64,000 nucleotides of DNA from Candidatus Heimdallarchaeota archaeon (GTDB taxonomy: Archaea > Asgardarchaeota > Heimdallarchaeia > JABLTI01), in NCBI GenBank assembly GCA_019058275.1, contig JAHLVW010000047.1, positions 31,996 to 95,995 of the forward strand, given 5' to 3'. Shown here piece after piece: positions 9,085 through 18,719 of the stretch (positions within the stretch are counted from its first letter, which is position 1; every line of letters starts with the position of its first letter). A model generated the notes under the pieces. It worked only from the letters and a program-made list of their open reading frames with translations. It was not told the DNA's origin and did no database searches. Made by a program: the position numbers and the translations under genes.

Positions 9085-11304
9085 ATGAACCATAACATTA
9101 AGCAAAATGTAATTATTCATGGATTAAGCAGGTCGATTCAATTGTCACAAGTAAAAGCATTTTTCAGCAGAACGTGGGATGCCATTGATTCAAGGATCAG
9201 TAAACCACAAGTGAAGCGAGAACACATCCTTCTATACCTAAGTTTAACACTTATAGTTTTAGGAGCATTCTTGCTCAGACTCTTACCAGTATTCTCAACA
9301 GACATCCTATTGAAAGGGTTAGACCCTTGGGTTCAATACAGATGTGCAGAATATCTTAATGAGCATGGTCTTAAAGCATTCTTGAATTGGTACGATCAAA
9401 GCACATGGTATCCTTATGGACGAAATATGGGCAAATCAATGTATATAGTTATACCATTAATTGCAGTGATCTTTTACAAAATTGCAATCTTCATAGGATT
9501 TAACACAACAATGCTAACAGTCACCTATTTTGTACCTGCTTTCTTTGGTGCTGCAACTGTATTTGTTATCTACAAATTGGGTTCAGCTCTCCATAGTAAG
9601 AGGACTGGCTTATTTGCAGCCTTCTTCCTATCAATGGCAACTGGTTTTCTAAGCAGAACTATTGTTGGATTCTTTGATAATGAATGTGTTGGAATATTCT
9701 TTATGTTCTTAACATTCTATTTCTTTATCAAAGGCTTAACAAACGATAGCATGATGAATAGTATTTTCGCTGGTTTATGTTTAGGCGGTCTAAGTCTTAC
9801 TTGGGGTGCCTACAGGTATGCCTATGATTTACTAGCTTTATACGCTCTACTCATGATTTTACTAAAGAAATTTTCAAGAAGACTATTCTCAAGTTTCTCA
9901 ATCACAATTATACTTGGAATTCTGTTAGGAACTTTAATTCCAAGAAATGGATTGGATTTTGCAGTTTCAACAGAACAACTTATTCCTCTAATTATGATTA
10001 TTGCAATGGCAATAATCATAGTTTATCAAGAACTTCAGAAAAACATCGAAACTGAAAAACTGAAGAAAATAACACAAATATCAATTTTAGTAATCATTGG
10101 TACAGGTATAATTGTTACAATAGTTCTTTATGCATTAAAAGTAATTGATCCAATTGCTAACAAGTTCATTAGAACTCTCTTCCCAACTTTAGCTGAATCG
10201 TTACCTTTAATTGAATCAGTAGCAGAGAATCTTACTTCTTCATGGGCAACGCTTTTCTACAATATATACATCATGGTCTTTCTACTACCACTTGGTTTCT
10301 ATTTCTGTATAAAGAAACCAAACGAGAAGACCATTTTCCTATTGTTAATGGGATTGACTGGAGTATACTTTGGTGGATCTATGGTAAGACTTGCTCTTAT
10401 TATCACTCCTGCAGCAGCAGTTGTTGCTGGTTATACTCTCGATGAAGTAATCAGACCTTTTGCATTGATAAGTCAAGAACGGTTTACGATTTCAAGAAGA
10501 AAACGAAGAGCTGCAAAACAAATAGGTCGAGAACTTATTTCTGTAGCATATGTGTTTGTTGCCATTACTTTAATGCTCACTGCTATATTTGGAGTTAACA
10601 TGGCTTATAGACAATACTATTTCAACCATGAATTAACACCTCAACTAAAGCGAAATGAAGAAATATTCCTAGCTCACGACTACCAAGAAACGTTTGAATT
10701 CATGCGATTAAATATTGCCCCTTATTCTTTAGGTGAAAAACCACCACTAATAATGAGTTGGTGGGATTATGGTTACCAAATTAGGATATTAGGTAACTGT
10801 ACGACGTTAGTAGATAACGCCACAATCAATAACACGCAAATCGGTGTTATTGGGGCAATGTTGATACATAATGAAACATCATCAATAAAGATCATGAAGA
10901 AATATGGTGTAGATTATGTATTAGTCTTGAGCCCTGGAATTATCGGATCAGGTATTAATGACATGTCCAAATCACATTGGATGATGAAAATCTCAGCAGA
11001 ATATGCTAGCGATGGACTTGATGAGTTAGCTATAAAAACAAAAGACTATTACATCGAAGATCCAGAAGAAGACGAAACTCCTGGTTTCACAGATCTATTC
11101 TGGGATTCAGTCATTTACAAACTCTGTGCTTATCATTTGAACTCTGATTTTAATTATGCCGGTGGACAACCAAGCGGAATTGGTAACTGGCGTGGTGGAT
11201 ATTTGAGCGAAGCACCTGATGTTGGTGATTCTGATTTACATCACTTCCGTTTGTACTTCCAATCTAAATATGTTCTTCTGAGAATATACGAAGTAATTTA
11301 TTGA
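9085..11304 (+). CDS. aglB: oligosaccharyltransferase AglB/STT3
   Basis: LDPW, WYPYGR, GFFDNE, SVAE, WWDYG, DNATINNT and DMSKSHWM motifs. Confidence 0.95.
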   Translation: MNHNIKQNVIIHGLSRSIQLSQVKAFFSRTWDAIDSRISKPQVKREHILLYLSLTLIVLGAFLLRLLPVFSTDILLKGLDPWVQYRCAEYLNEHGLKAFLNWYDQSTWYPYGRNMGKSMYIVIPLIAVIFYKIAIFIGFNTTMLTVTYFVPAFFGAATVFVIYKLGSALHSKRTGLFAAFFLSMATGFLSRTIVGFFDNECVGIFFMFLTFYFFIKGLTNDSMMNSIFAGLCLGGLSLTWGAYRYAYDLLALYALLMILLKKFSRRLFSSFSITIILGILLGTLIPRNGLDFAVSTEQLIPLIMIIAMAIIIVYQELQKNIETEKLKKITQISILVIIGTGIIVTIVLYALKVIDPIANKFIRTLFPTLAESLPLIESVAENLTSSWATLFYNIYIMVFLLPLGFYFCIKKPNEKTIFLLLMGLTGVYFGGSMVRLALIITPAAAVVAGYTLDEVIRPFALISQERFTISRRKRRAAKQIGRELISVAYVFVAITLMLTAIFGVNMAYRQYYFNHELTPQLKRNEEIFLAHDYQETFEFMRLNIAPYSLGEKPPLIMSWWDYGYQIRILGNCTTLVDNATINNTQIGVIGAMLIHNETSSIKIMKKYGVDYVLVLSPGIIGSGINDMSKSHWMMKISAEYASDGLDELAIKTKDYYIEDPEEDETPGFTDLFWDSVIYKLCAYHLNSDFNYAGGQPSGIGNWRGGYLSEAPDVGDSDLHHFRLYFQSKYVLLRIYEVIY

Positions 11305-11416
11305 AATTAAAATAAGAGTAAAGGCTTCCAACCTTTATTCAACATTTTTTCTTTTTGCTACTCTTCTTAGCTTTTTTATACTTGAATTATATTCCTTAAT
11401 ATCTGGAGATTGACTT

Positions 11417-12355
11417 ATGCCAAATTCCAAATGCTTAGGTTGCTTAAACGAAATAACTGAACGTGTAATTAATTTATCTACAACAGATAAGGACCTCCAA
11501 AGGAAATTGTTAAGTGAGTTAAAAGAACACACAAAAAGGAATTTCGACACATTAAAGCTCCCAGATTTTTCAACAGAGATCTTTCAAATAATAGAGGAGA
11601 AAACAGGAACAGAAGATCCTTTCTTACAAATCAAAATAGATAGCAATAATTACTTTCTAGAACTAATACCAAAAATTCGTGAATCCTTAATTGGTTTATC
11701 AATTAATGAGAAATTAAGGATATTGATTCAATATTCAATTGCTGCGAATATGGTTGATTTTAGTACTGGTGGGTATACAGTGGATTTGGCAGAAACTGCA
11801 CGAAACTTGACTGATTTTCCAAAAGAAGGTTTGACAATTGATGATTTTGATAATTTGGTATCAACAATTGAAAAATCATCGACTATCATTTATCTTTCTG
11901 ATAATTGTGGAGAAGTAGTAGTAGATAATCTCGTAGTAGAATTCCTTGTTAAGGAAATGAAAAAGGAAGTTTATTTTGGTTTGAAGGGTTCACCTGTTTC
12001 AAATGATTGCACTCTTGAAGATTTCAAAAGAGATGGATTAACTGAATATGCAACTGAAACATTCATTGTTAGTTCTTCATTTGGTTGGAATTTACATCAA
12101 ACATCAGAGCAATTTAATGAATTAATTCGAAAAGCAGATCTTCTTATTGTTAAAGGTCAGTCAAATTATGAGACTACATTAAATAATTTAATGAGATATC
12201 CTACGTTTAAATTTCCACCCATTTTCAGTATCTTAAGAACAAAATGTGAAGTAATAACTGCTAATCTAGGAGTTACATTAAGTTCCAATGTTGTCAAACA
12301 AATGTACCCAATGTCAGAAGAACAGAGAAAATCTCTTAAGGAAATAGTTGATTAG
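11417..12355 (+). CDS. DUF89/ARMT1-like damage-control phosphatase
   Basis: N-terminal CxxC, EDPF..K, ANMVDF, DNCGE, ND, KGQSNYE, KC motifs. Confidence 0.9.
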   Translation: MPNSKCLGCLNEITERVINLSTTDKDLQRKLLSELKEHTKRNFDTLKLPDFSTEIFQIIEEKTGTEDPFLQIKIDSNNYFLELIPKIRESLIGLSINEKLRILIQYSIAANMVDFSTGGYTVDLAETARNLTDFPKEGLTIDDFDNLVSTIEKSSTIIYLSDNCGEVVVDNLVVEFLVKEMKKEVYFGLKGSPVSNDCTLEDFKRDGLTEYATETFIVSSSFGWNLHQTSEQFNELIRKADLLIVKGQSNYETTLNNLMRYPTFKFPPIFSILRTKCEVITANLGVTLSSNVVKQMYPMSEEQRKSLKEIVD

Positions 12356-12376
12356 TAACTATTGAGGGAGATTTCA

Positions 12377-13014
12377 CTGGCAGAACATTTTGTAAGGCAT
12401 GGAGATTTTACAAAATTCTCTAAAATCTGTTATTTCATTGGTTTATTCGGTTCTGTAATATTCTTTGTATTGTTATATTATCACAAGTCTTTGCAATCAG
12501 AAATGGTTATGATTATAATGTTTGGGAAATAAGTGATTTAGTTGTTTGGGGAGAAGAAAGCAAATGGTTATTCATTTCATGTATGATTATTTTAGGAATA
12601 TCACTTCTACTTCCTATTATTCCAATAGCATTCTACTTCACTAATAAAACTAAACGAATTTTAGTACTAATTTCTGTTATAATAATTTGTGTTACATTGA
12701 TTGGTATAGGTACAGTTTCCAAATATGAATATTTTAAACTACAATGGTCAATAGTGGCAATCTTCTTTATTGCATCAATGGTAGTCACTCTATTCATGTC
12801 AACTCATATACTAATTAACGATTCTTCAATATCACTTTTCTATGCAATGTTTGGCTACTTCACTTTTTTAACCCAAACTTTTCATTGCACAAAAAAATGG
12901 TTTTTTGGAAAAGCTTATTCTCAACGCATTGCTACATTGTTTACTATTTTGTTCATGCTGTTAATTAGTGGGAGAATAATCTTAGATAAAAAAATAAAGA
13001 AATTAAAATTTTAA
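12377..13014 (+). pseudogene. membrane protein interrupted by a single-base frameshift near 12465
   Basis: CTG start after GAGGGAG reads MAEHFVRHGDF...GSVIFF in frame 2. The hydrophobic sequence continues in frame 1 (CIVILSQVFAIRNG...) into ORF 12583-13014. One added T in ttctttgt joins the frames. Confidence 0.5.
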
Positions 13015-13089
13015 ATTCTCAAAATGATTTAACATCATTAGAGAAATGAGAAATTTTGGAGAATAGTTTAGTTTTATTCCCCACAAAAA

Positions 13090-13299
13090 CTAATTTTCCT
13101 TCTTCCTTGGATATTCAAATTGAAGGAATTCATCTATTAAATCACAATGGGTAATTAACATTCGACGACAGCAGAATTTGTCTAACCCAAGATCATCTAG
13201 TACTTGTCCAGGATCTTCTCCGGCAGATGTTCTGCGTTCGAATTCCTCCCATTTATCTCCAACTACTTTACCACAACTTAAACATCTAACTGGAATCAT
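13090..13299 (-). CDS. rpoN: RNA polymerase subunit N (Rpo10)
   Basis: [14 protein letters not shown]...LDDLGL..FCCRRML. Confidence 0.97.
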   Translation of the reverse strand: MIPVRCLSCGKVVGDKWEEFERRTSAGEDPGQVLDDLGLDKFCCRRMLITHCDLIDEFLQFEYPRKKEN

Positions 13300-13573
13300 T
13301 TTTCTGATTTGACTCCTACATTCGAGTATTATATATTAGTAATTATTTACTAATCTTTTGTCAATACATTTGCTTTTAGAGTCTTTCTATTATTATTAAA
13401 AGAAATAGCATGTCAGGTTTCAATTTGATTTATTTTATATAAAAAATAAAAATGGAAAAATAAAGGCAGAACTATGATTAAAAATCAAAAGAAATAACAG
13501 CTGAAATAAGAGAAATAACCAAAGATGGCATTTCAAAAGTGATAGTGATTAGATGATTAACTCATCTAATTTT

Positions 13574-14875
13574 TTAAGGTTTTACTCGAGTCATTGTTCT
13601 TGGGAAAGCAATAACATCTTTAATTGTATCAAAGCCACAAATCCACATAATAATCCTAGCAACACCCATTCCAAATCCTGAATGTTGAACAGAACCATAC
13701 CTTCTAGTATCTAAATAGAAATCAACCTCTTCTGGAGGTATTCCCTCGTGTTTAAGGCTCTCTATTATCTTATTCAAGTCTGATTCACGTTCAGAACCAT
13801 CAATAACTTCACCAACTTCTGGGAGAAGTAAGTTGGCATTTAGACATACTTTTGGATTTTCAGGATCAACTTTCTTATAAAACGCCATAATTTCACGCGG
13901 ATATCTTGTTACAATAACTGGTTTGTCAAAGTATTTGCCAATTGCTCTTTCTTCTCGAGAGCCAAGATCTGATCCATATGGTATTTCGATTTCTTGTTTC
14001 TTCAACATCTCTAATGCTTCAGAATAAGTGATTCGTGGAAATGGTGGTTTTATTTTAAGTAGATCTTTAGGATTTCTACCTATAGCTTTAAGCTCATGAG
14101 TGTTCTTCTTAGCAACATTTTTACAAATTGCTGTAACAAGGTTCTCCATTAACTCTTGCAGACCTTCAAAATCCATCCACGTTGCTTCAACTTCTGCATG
14201 CCAGTATTCAGTAACATGACGTGCAGTTTTAGATTTTTCAGCTCGAAAAGATGGTGCAATAGTGTAAGCTTTCTCAAGAGCGTAAATAAAGTTCTCAGCA
14301 TAAAACTGCCAACTTTGGCTTAAGAATACCTTCTTATCAAAATACTTGAGTTCAAATAAAGTAGAGCCACCTTCAGATCCTGCAGTGGTGAACATCGGAG
14401 GTTGTACTTCAGTATAACCTTCCTTGCGTAAATATGTATGAATTGCTTCAAAAACCGAAGAACGGATTTTAAGCATTGCAGTTAATCTTTGTGACCTTAA
14501 TGCTAAATGTCTAACATCTAAGAGAAATTCTTGGCTTTGGTCTTTGGAAATTGGAAAGTTCTCAGAAGGACCAATAACTTCGATCTTTTCTGCTTTAATT
14601 TCATATCCTCCGGGAGCTCGATCATCCTTTGCTAGGATGCCTTCAATAAGAACTGCAGATTCGTAACCAATGCCATCTGCGATATTGTAATTTTCCTCAT
14701 TTTTTTTGCGATTTATTGAAACTTGGATTCTATCTGTGGAATCTCGGATAGTAAGAAAAGCCATTTTTTTGCTACTTCTTTTTCTGGCTACCCATCCACG
14801 TAAAGCTACTTTCTTACCAGCTTGTTTACCAGTAAGTAATTCACGTATTTGAGGAAATTTCATAATAATCACCAA
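13574..14875 (-). CDS. asnS: asparagine--tRNA ligase
   Basis: OB-fold N-terminus (LRGWV), EGGSTLF, FRAEKSKTARHVTEYWHAE, GSERE, RRYGSVQHSGFGMG. Confidence 0.9.
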   Translation of the reverse strand: MVIIMKFPQIRELLTGKQAGKKVALRGWVARKRSSKKMAFLTIRDSTDRIQVSINRKKNEENYNIADGIGYESAVLIEGILAKDDRAPGGYEIKAEKIEVIGPSENFPISKDQSQEFLLDVRHLALRSQRLTAMLKIRSSVFEAIHTYLRKEGYTEVQPPMFTTAGSEGGSTLFELKYFDKKVFLSQSWQFYAENFIYALEKAYTIAPSFRAEKSKTARHVTEYWHAEVEATWMDFEGLQELMENLVTAICKNVAKKNTHELKAIGRNPKDLLKIKPPFPRITYSEALEMLKKQEIEIPYGSDLGSREERAIGKYFDKPVIVTRYPREIMAFYKKVDPENPKVCLNANLLLPEVGEVIDGSERESDLNKIIESLKHEGIPPEEVDFYLDTRRYGSVQHSGFGMGVARIIMWICGFDTIKDVIAFPRTMTRVKP

Positions 14876-14976
14876 TAATACTTTGAGACGAACATAACGC
14901 TCTTAAAATTTTTTGCTAAGAATGAATTGTTTAGTAAAAGAAATAGTAAAAACTATGGAAATAACAGATAAAGAAA

Positions 14977-15282
14977 TTAGTCATTTAATCTTCGATAACA
15001 AACATCTCTTAATGCAACCATTTCGCCAAAAACTGCTAATTGTTTTTCAGTTGGAACGTTTCCATTTTCTTCTTTCTTTAGAATCTCACTAGCTATCTTT
15101 GTCAGCTCTTTAAACCTGTTAACAAAAGTGCTTGTTCTACCTTTGCTATCTTGATTAATAATATCCTCGAAATCCTTTTTCACTTTTTGATATGCTTTTT
15201 CCAATTCCTTAAAAGAACCTGCTTGCGTGACTTGAAGCAAGAAGTCACTTAATCCTTTATTTTCATTGGTTTCAATTGTCAT
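14977..15282 (-). CDS. small helical hypothetical protein
   Basis: 101-aa ORF with normal composition; no motif recognised with certainty. Confidence 0.6.
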   Translation of the reverse strand: MTIETNENKGLSDFLLQVTQAGSFKELEKAYQKVKKDFEDIINQDSKGRTSTFVNRFKELTKIASEILKKEENGNVPTEKQLAVFGEMVALRDVCYRRLND

Positions 15283-15314
15283 ATCTTCTCACTATTTGCT
15301 CAGATATTTTTATT

Positions 15315-15404
15315 AAAAAAGCTCTAAATGATGACTTTTTGAGCATACTCTAGGACGCCTCCTTGAGCATGCTCTTTAAATCAATGTTAGCTGGGTATCT
15401 CCTG
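15315..15404 (-). ncRNA. candidate structured leader / small RNA ending in U6
   Basis: Minus-strand TTTATATG TATA-like box at about 15428-15435; long hairpin with core GAGCAUGCUC/GAGUAUGCUC (15341-15374) plus outer stems; followed by T6. Confidence 0.4.
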
Positions 15405-15466
15405 TTACATTATTATACATACTTTAACATATAAAAGCATTTCTTTATAGATCAAATTTTAGATAG

Positions 15467-16015
15467 TTATGGGTTCCTTCCACAGACAATACCAATATCT
15501 TCTACATCATCTGTCCATTCAGAATATATTTCCAAGTTACTCTCTTCTGCAACTTGTTTCAGCTTCTCTTTCGTCCAAGTTTTTCTAAGTATAGAAACAG
15601 CAAAAATAGCATCTTCAGTAGAGATTCTGGACATTTCTTCTATAGTTTGTTTTGGTTCAGGTAAATTTTGTAGATGTGTTACTGATAAAACTCGATCAAA
15701 AAGGCCTTCTTTAATAGGTAGATTGTCTGAATCAGCTACGATAAAATCAATATCGGGATGTTTACTATGTGCAATTTTTATCATCTCATGAGATAAATCA
15801 ATACCAACAAAAGACCTACCATTATCTGATATGGATTGGATTAGTCCAAGAAAACTTCCAGTACCACAACCAATATCAATGATTTCTTTCGAGTTTTGGA
15901 AATCGACTCGAGAGAAGATTTCTATGTATTTATGAATTTGAATATCCTTGTATCTACTATCGTAAATTTCAGCAGAAGAATCATATCTTCTAGCAATTTC
16001 CTTTTTATTAGCCAC
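15467..16015 (-). CDS. class I SAM-dependent methyltransferase
   Basis: IIDIGCGTG, VGIDLS, FIVADSDNLP. Confidence 0.9.
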   Translation of the reverse strand: MANKKEIARRYDSSAEIYDSRYKDIQIHKYIEIFSRVDFQNSKEIIDIGCGTGSFLGLIQSISDNGRSFVGIDLSHEMIKIAHSKHPDIDFIVADSDNLPIKEGLFDRVLSVTHLQNLPEPKQTIEEMSRISTEDAIFAVSILRKTWTKEKLKQVAEESNLEIYSEWTDDVEDIGIVCGRNP

Positions 16016-16130
16016 TATGTTATACTGTCCTTTAAGATCAAATTTAAGGTAAAAATAGCATTTCGTTTAATCTACTAGTTTACGAATGGTTTCTGAATTA
16101 ACTTATCTTAAAAAATGAACGGTATATTTG

Positions 16131-16838
16131 TTAATGTTCAGTTAGGATGATTCTTGCGTCTACAGTTAAAATTTCATTCTCATATGCGAATATTGGGTTA
16201 AGGTCAATTTCCAATATATCATCAATGTAATCAATAGATAGCTGAGATATTTTTAGCAGGGCATCAATGATATTTTCTAATTTAACATTGGGTCCACCTC
16301 TAAAACCTTGAAGCATTGGAAGAGCTTTAATTTCATGAATCATTTCTTTAGCATCTTTCTTCTTAATTGGCGCAATTCTAAATGAGACATCCTTTAACAG
16401 CTCCACAAAAATACCCCCAAGACCAAACATTATTGCAGGACCAAAAGTTGGATCTCGAGTAACACCTATTATGATTTCAGTTGAGGGTTTAACCATCTTC
16501 TCGATTAAAACTCCCCTAACATCTGCTTTTGAATCATACTTTTTAGCATTAGCTACAATTTCATTAAATGCCAATTCAGCTTCTTCTTCAGAATTAATAT
16601 TTAGTTTGACTCCACCTGCATCAGTCTTATGTATAATTTGAGGAGATAATATCTTCATAACAATTGGGAAACCAATTTCTTTGGAAATCTTCTTCGCTTC
16701 ATAAATATCATCAGCAACTTTGAAATCAGTAGTAGTAATTCCAATTTCCTTCATTAGTTGTTTTGATTCAGGTTCTAACAAAAATGTTCTTTTCTCTTTT
16801 CTTGCAGTGCTTATTATATCCTTAATTTTCTGTGACAT
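16131..16838 (-). CDS. acdB: acetate--CoA ligase (ADP-forming) beta subunit, ATP-grasp
   Basis: GFPIVMKILSPQIIHKTDAGGV, DPTFGPAIMFGLGGIFVE, EIDLNP, VDARI. Confidence 0.9.
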   Translation of the reverse strand: MSQKIKDIISTARKEKRTFLLEPESKQLMKEIGITTTDFKVADDIYEAKKISKEIGFPIVMKILSPQIIHKTDAGGVKLNINSEEEAELAFNEIVANAKKYDSKADVRGVLIEKMVKPSTEIIIGVTRDPTFGPAIMFGLGGIFVELLKDVSFRIAPIKKKDAKEMIHEIKALPMLQGFRGGPNVKLENIIDALLKISQLSIDYIDDILEIDLNPIFAYENEILTVDARIILTEH

Positions 16839-17137
16839 TATTCCCTCAAACCTTTTGTCTATTACATTTCCTTGAATTAATATTTCTTTAAAAAAATTTA
16901 GTAAGAATTTTTTATTAATGAAAATCAGAAATTCTTTCTACTTTTTTTAATTCAATCGTTAAGAAATGAAGAAATAAAAATTAATGCTATAAATAAACGA
17001 TTATTGATGAGTGATTCAAAGATTTATAATATTTAGTTTCTTATAAAAAATCACCATTTTTCACATTTTATAAGAGATATTGTTTAATTTTCCTTGAATG
17101 AATGTTTCTTTGATATCATTATTTATTGGTGTTAGTA

Positions 17138-17592
17138 ATGACAAAAGATGAACTATCTGAAGAAGAAAAAACACACAAAAATTTGCTGTCATTCTATTTA
17201 ATCATACTTGGGATTTATTAGACAAAAAGGAACGTACAGTAGAAGATGAAATGATTCATTCTCCTCATACCTCAAGATATCATTGGGGACAAATTGGCAA
17301 ACCAATTCACTTCGAACGTGGAGAATGGCAAATATCAAGAGTGTATTCTGTTCTGTATAAAGCTGAACCAGCCTTACATCATGCAAAAAGATGTTTAGAT
17401 ATTTGCACAAAAAATGATATTGGCGATTTTGACATTGCATTTACCTATGAAGCTATGGCAAGAGCTCATTCCGTTGTGGGAAACAAAGATAAAGTAACAA
17501 AGTATCTTGAGCTTGCTAAAGAAGCAGGTGTGAAGATAGAGAAAGAGGATGACAAGAAATATTTCATGAGTGAATTAGAATCTATAAAGTAA
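17138..17592 (+). pseudogene. conserved helical (TPR-like) hypothetical protein with frameshift near 17180
   Basis: ATG 17138 (MTKDELSEEEKTHK) shifts in an A-run to frame 1 (KFAVILFNHTWDLLDKKER..EMIH..SRYHW..RGEWQISRVY), which is continuous with ORF 17251-17592. Confidence 0.65.
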
Positions 17593-17687
17593 ATTCTATT
17601 TCACTTCTCTTTTTACAAATTAATGAATAAAATTGATAAAGTAGTATGTTCACTATGTTTCACTAATCACTACAACTATTACTAACT

Positions 17688-18593
17688 ATGGAGAGTTTTG
17701 AAATGAGAAAAGTAGCAATAGTCACAGATGGAAGCTCAGATCTTCCTAAGGAAATGGTTGAAAAATATAACATTCACATAGCTCCATTTCAAGTTATTTT
17801 TGGAGATAAAGTCTTCAAGATGATGGGGAATTATGGTGATTTAACACCAGATGAATTTTACAATAAACTAGCAAATGCTAAGGATTATCCCACAACAAGT
17901 GTACCTACACCAAAAGCATTTGTTACTGCTTTTGAGGATGCTGCAAAAGAAGCAAAAGATGTGATTGGAATTTTCATCTCTAAAGAATTGTCTGGAACCT
18001 ATCAAAGTGCACTTAGAGTTGTACCTATGATTGATGACGCAGAAATAACAATTGTAGATTCACAAGTTGCTGCCTCAACACTTGGTGCTATTGTGCTTGA
18101 AGCTGCAAAAATGGCGAAAGATGGTGCTTCAAAAGAAGCAATTATGGAGAGACTCAATGATATTATTCCAAGAGCCAAACTAGTAAGTGTTCAAGATAAC
18201 GTTGATGCTGTATATCGAAGTGGTCGAGTAGGTTGGTCTAAAAGATTCTTAGTTAATACATTTAAGATTAAACCAATAATTGAATTTAACGAAGGAAAAT
18301 TGGTTTCTGGTGGTACTATCAGAGGTCGAGAAGAAGCAGATGCTGCACTTAAATATGCTGCTCCGTTAATAGTGAAAAATGCATATACGGATATAATTTT
18401 TGTTTGGCATTGCAGAACTCTTGAATTTGCTAATGAACTTAAAGAAATCATGGAAAAGAACAACCCCGAAGGGAAGGAAATTATTGTAATTGAAGCAGGA
18501 CCTGTTGTTGGTTCACATGTCGGACCTGGTGCATTAGCATTCATGTATATTGGTGACTATAATAACGATTGGCTTTTAAAACAAAAGGAATAA
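17688..18593 (+). CDS. DegV family fatty-acid-binding protein
   Basis: VAIVTDGSSDLP, PTTSVP, ISKELSGTYQSA, SGR, GPVVGSHVGPG. Confidence 0.93.
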   Translation: MESFEMRKVAIVTDGSSDLPKEMVEKYNIHIAPFQVIFGDKVFKMMGNYGDLTPDEFYNKLANAKDYPTTSVPTPKAFVTAFEDAAKEAKDVIGIFISKELSGTYQSALRVVPMIDDAEITIVDSQVAASTLGAIVLEAAKMAKDGASKEAIMERLNDIIPRAKLVSVQDNVDAVYRSGRVGWSKRFLVNTFKIKPIIEFNEGKLVSGGTIRGREEADAALKYAAPLIVKNAYTDIIFVWHCRTLEFANELKEIMEKNNPEGKEIIVIEAGPVVGSHVGPGALAFMYIGDYNNDWLLKQKE

Positions 18594-18608
18594 AAGCTCA
18601 TTCGTAAC

Positions 18609-18629
18609 TTCCTTGCTTTTAGCAAGGAA
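18609..18629 (+). terminator. 9-bp hairpin after the DegV gene
   Basis: TTCCTTGCT-ttt-AGCAAGGAA perfect inverted repeat, T-run shortly downstream. Confidence 0.4.
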
Positions 18630-18719
18630 CACTATTTTTTCTATGTTCAAAGAAGATTTAGGTAGGTTAAAAAAGAATTACTTTTATTAAGCTATTATAT
18701 CTTAAGGTGACACTATAAT

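Noticed and set aside
13330-13560. Possible membrane-gene remnant between asnS and rpoN (minus strand)
   Set aside because: Only short hydrophobic stretches in T-rich DNA; not distinguishable from chance
15328-15395. C/D box sRNA or SECIS starting at ATGATGA on the + strand
   Set aside because: No CTGA D box or opposing GA quartet at a suitable distance; the G-U pairs favour the minus strand
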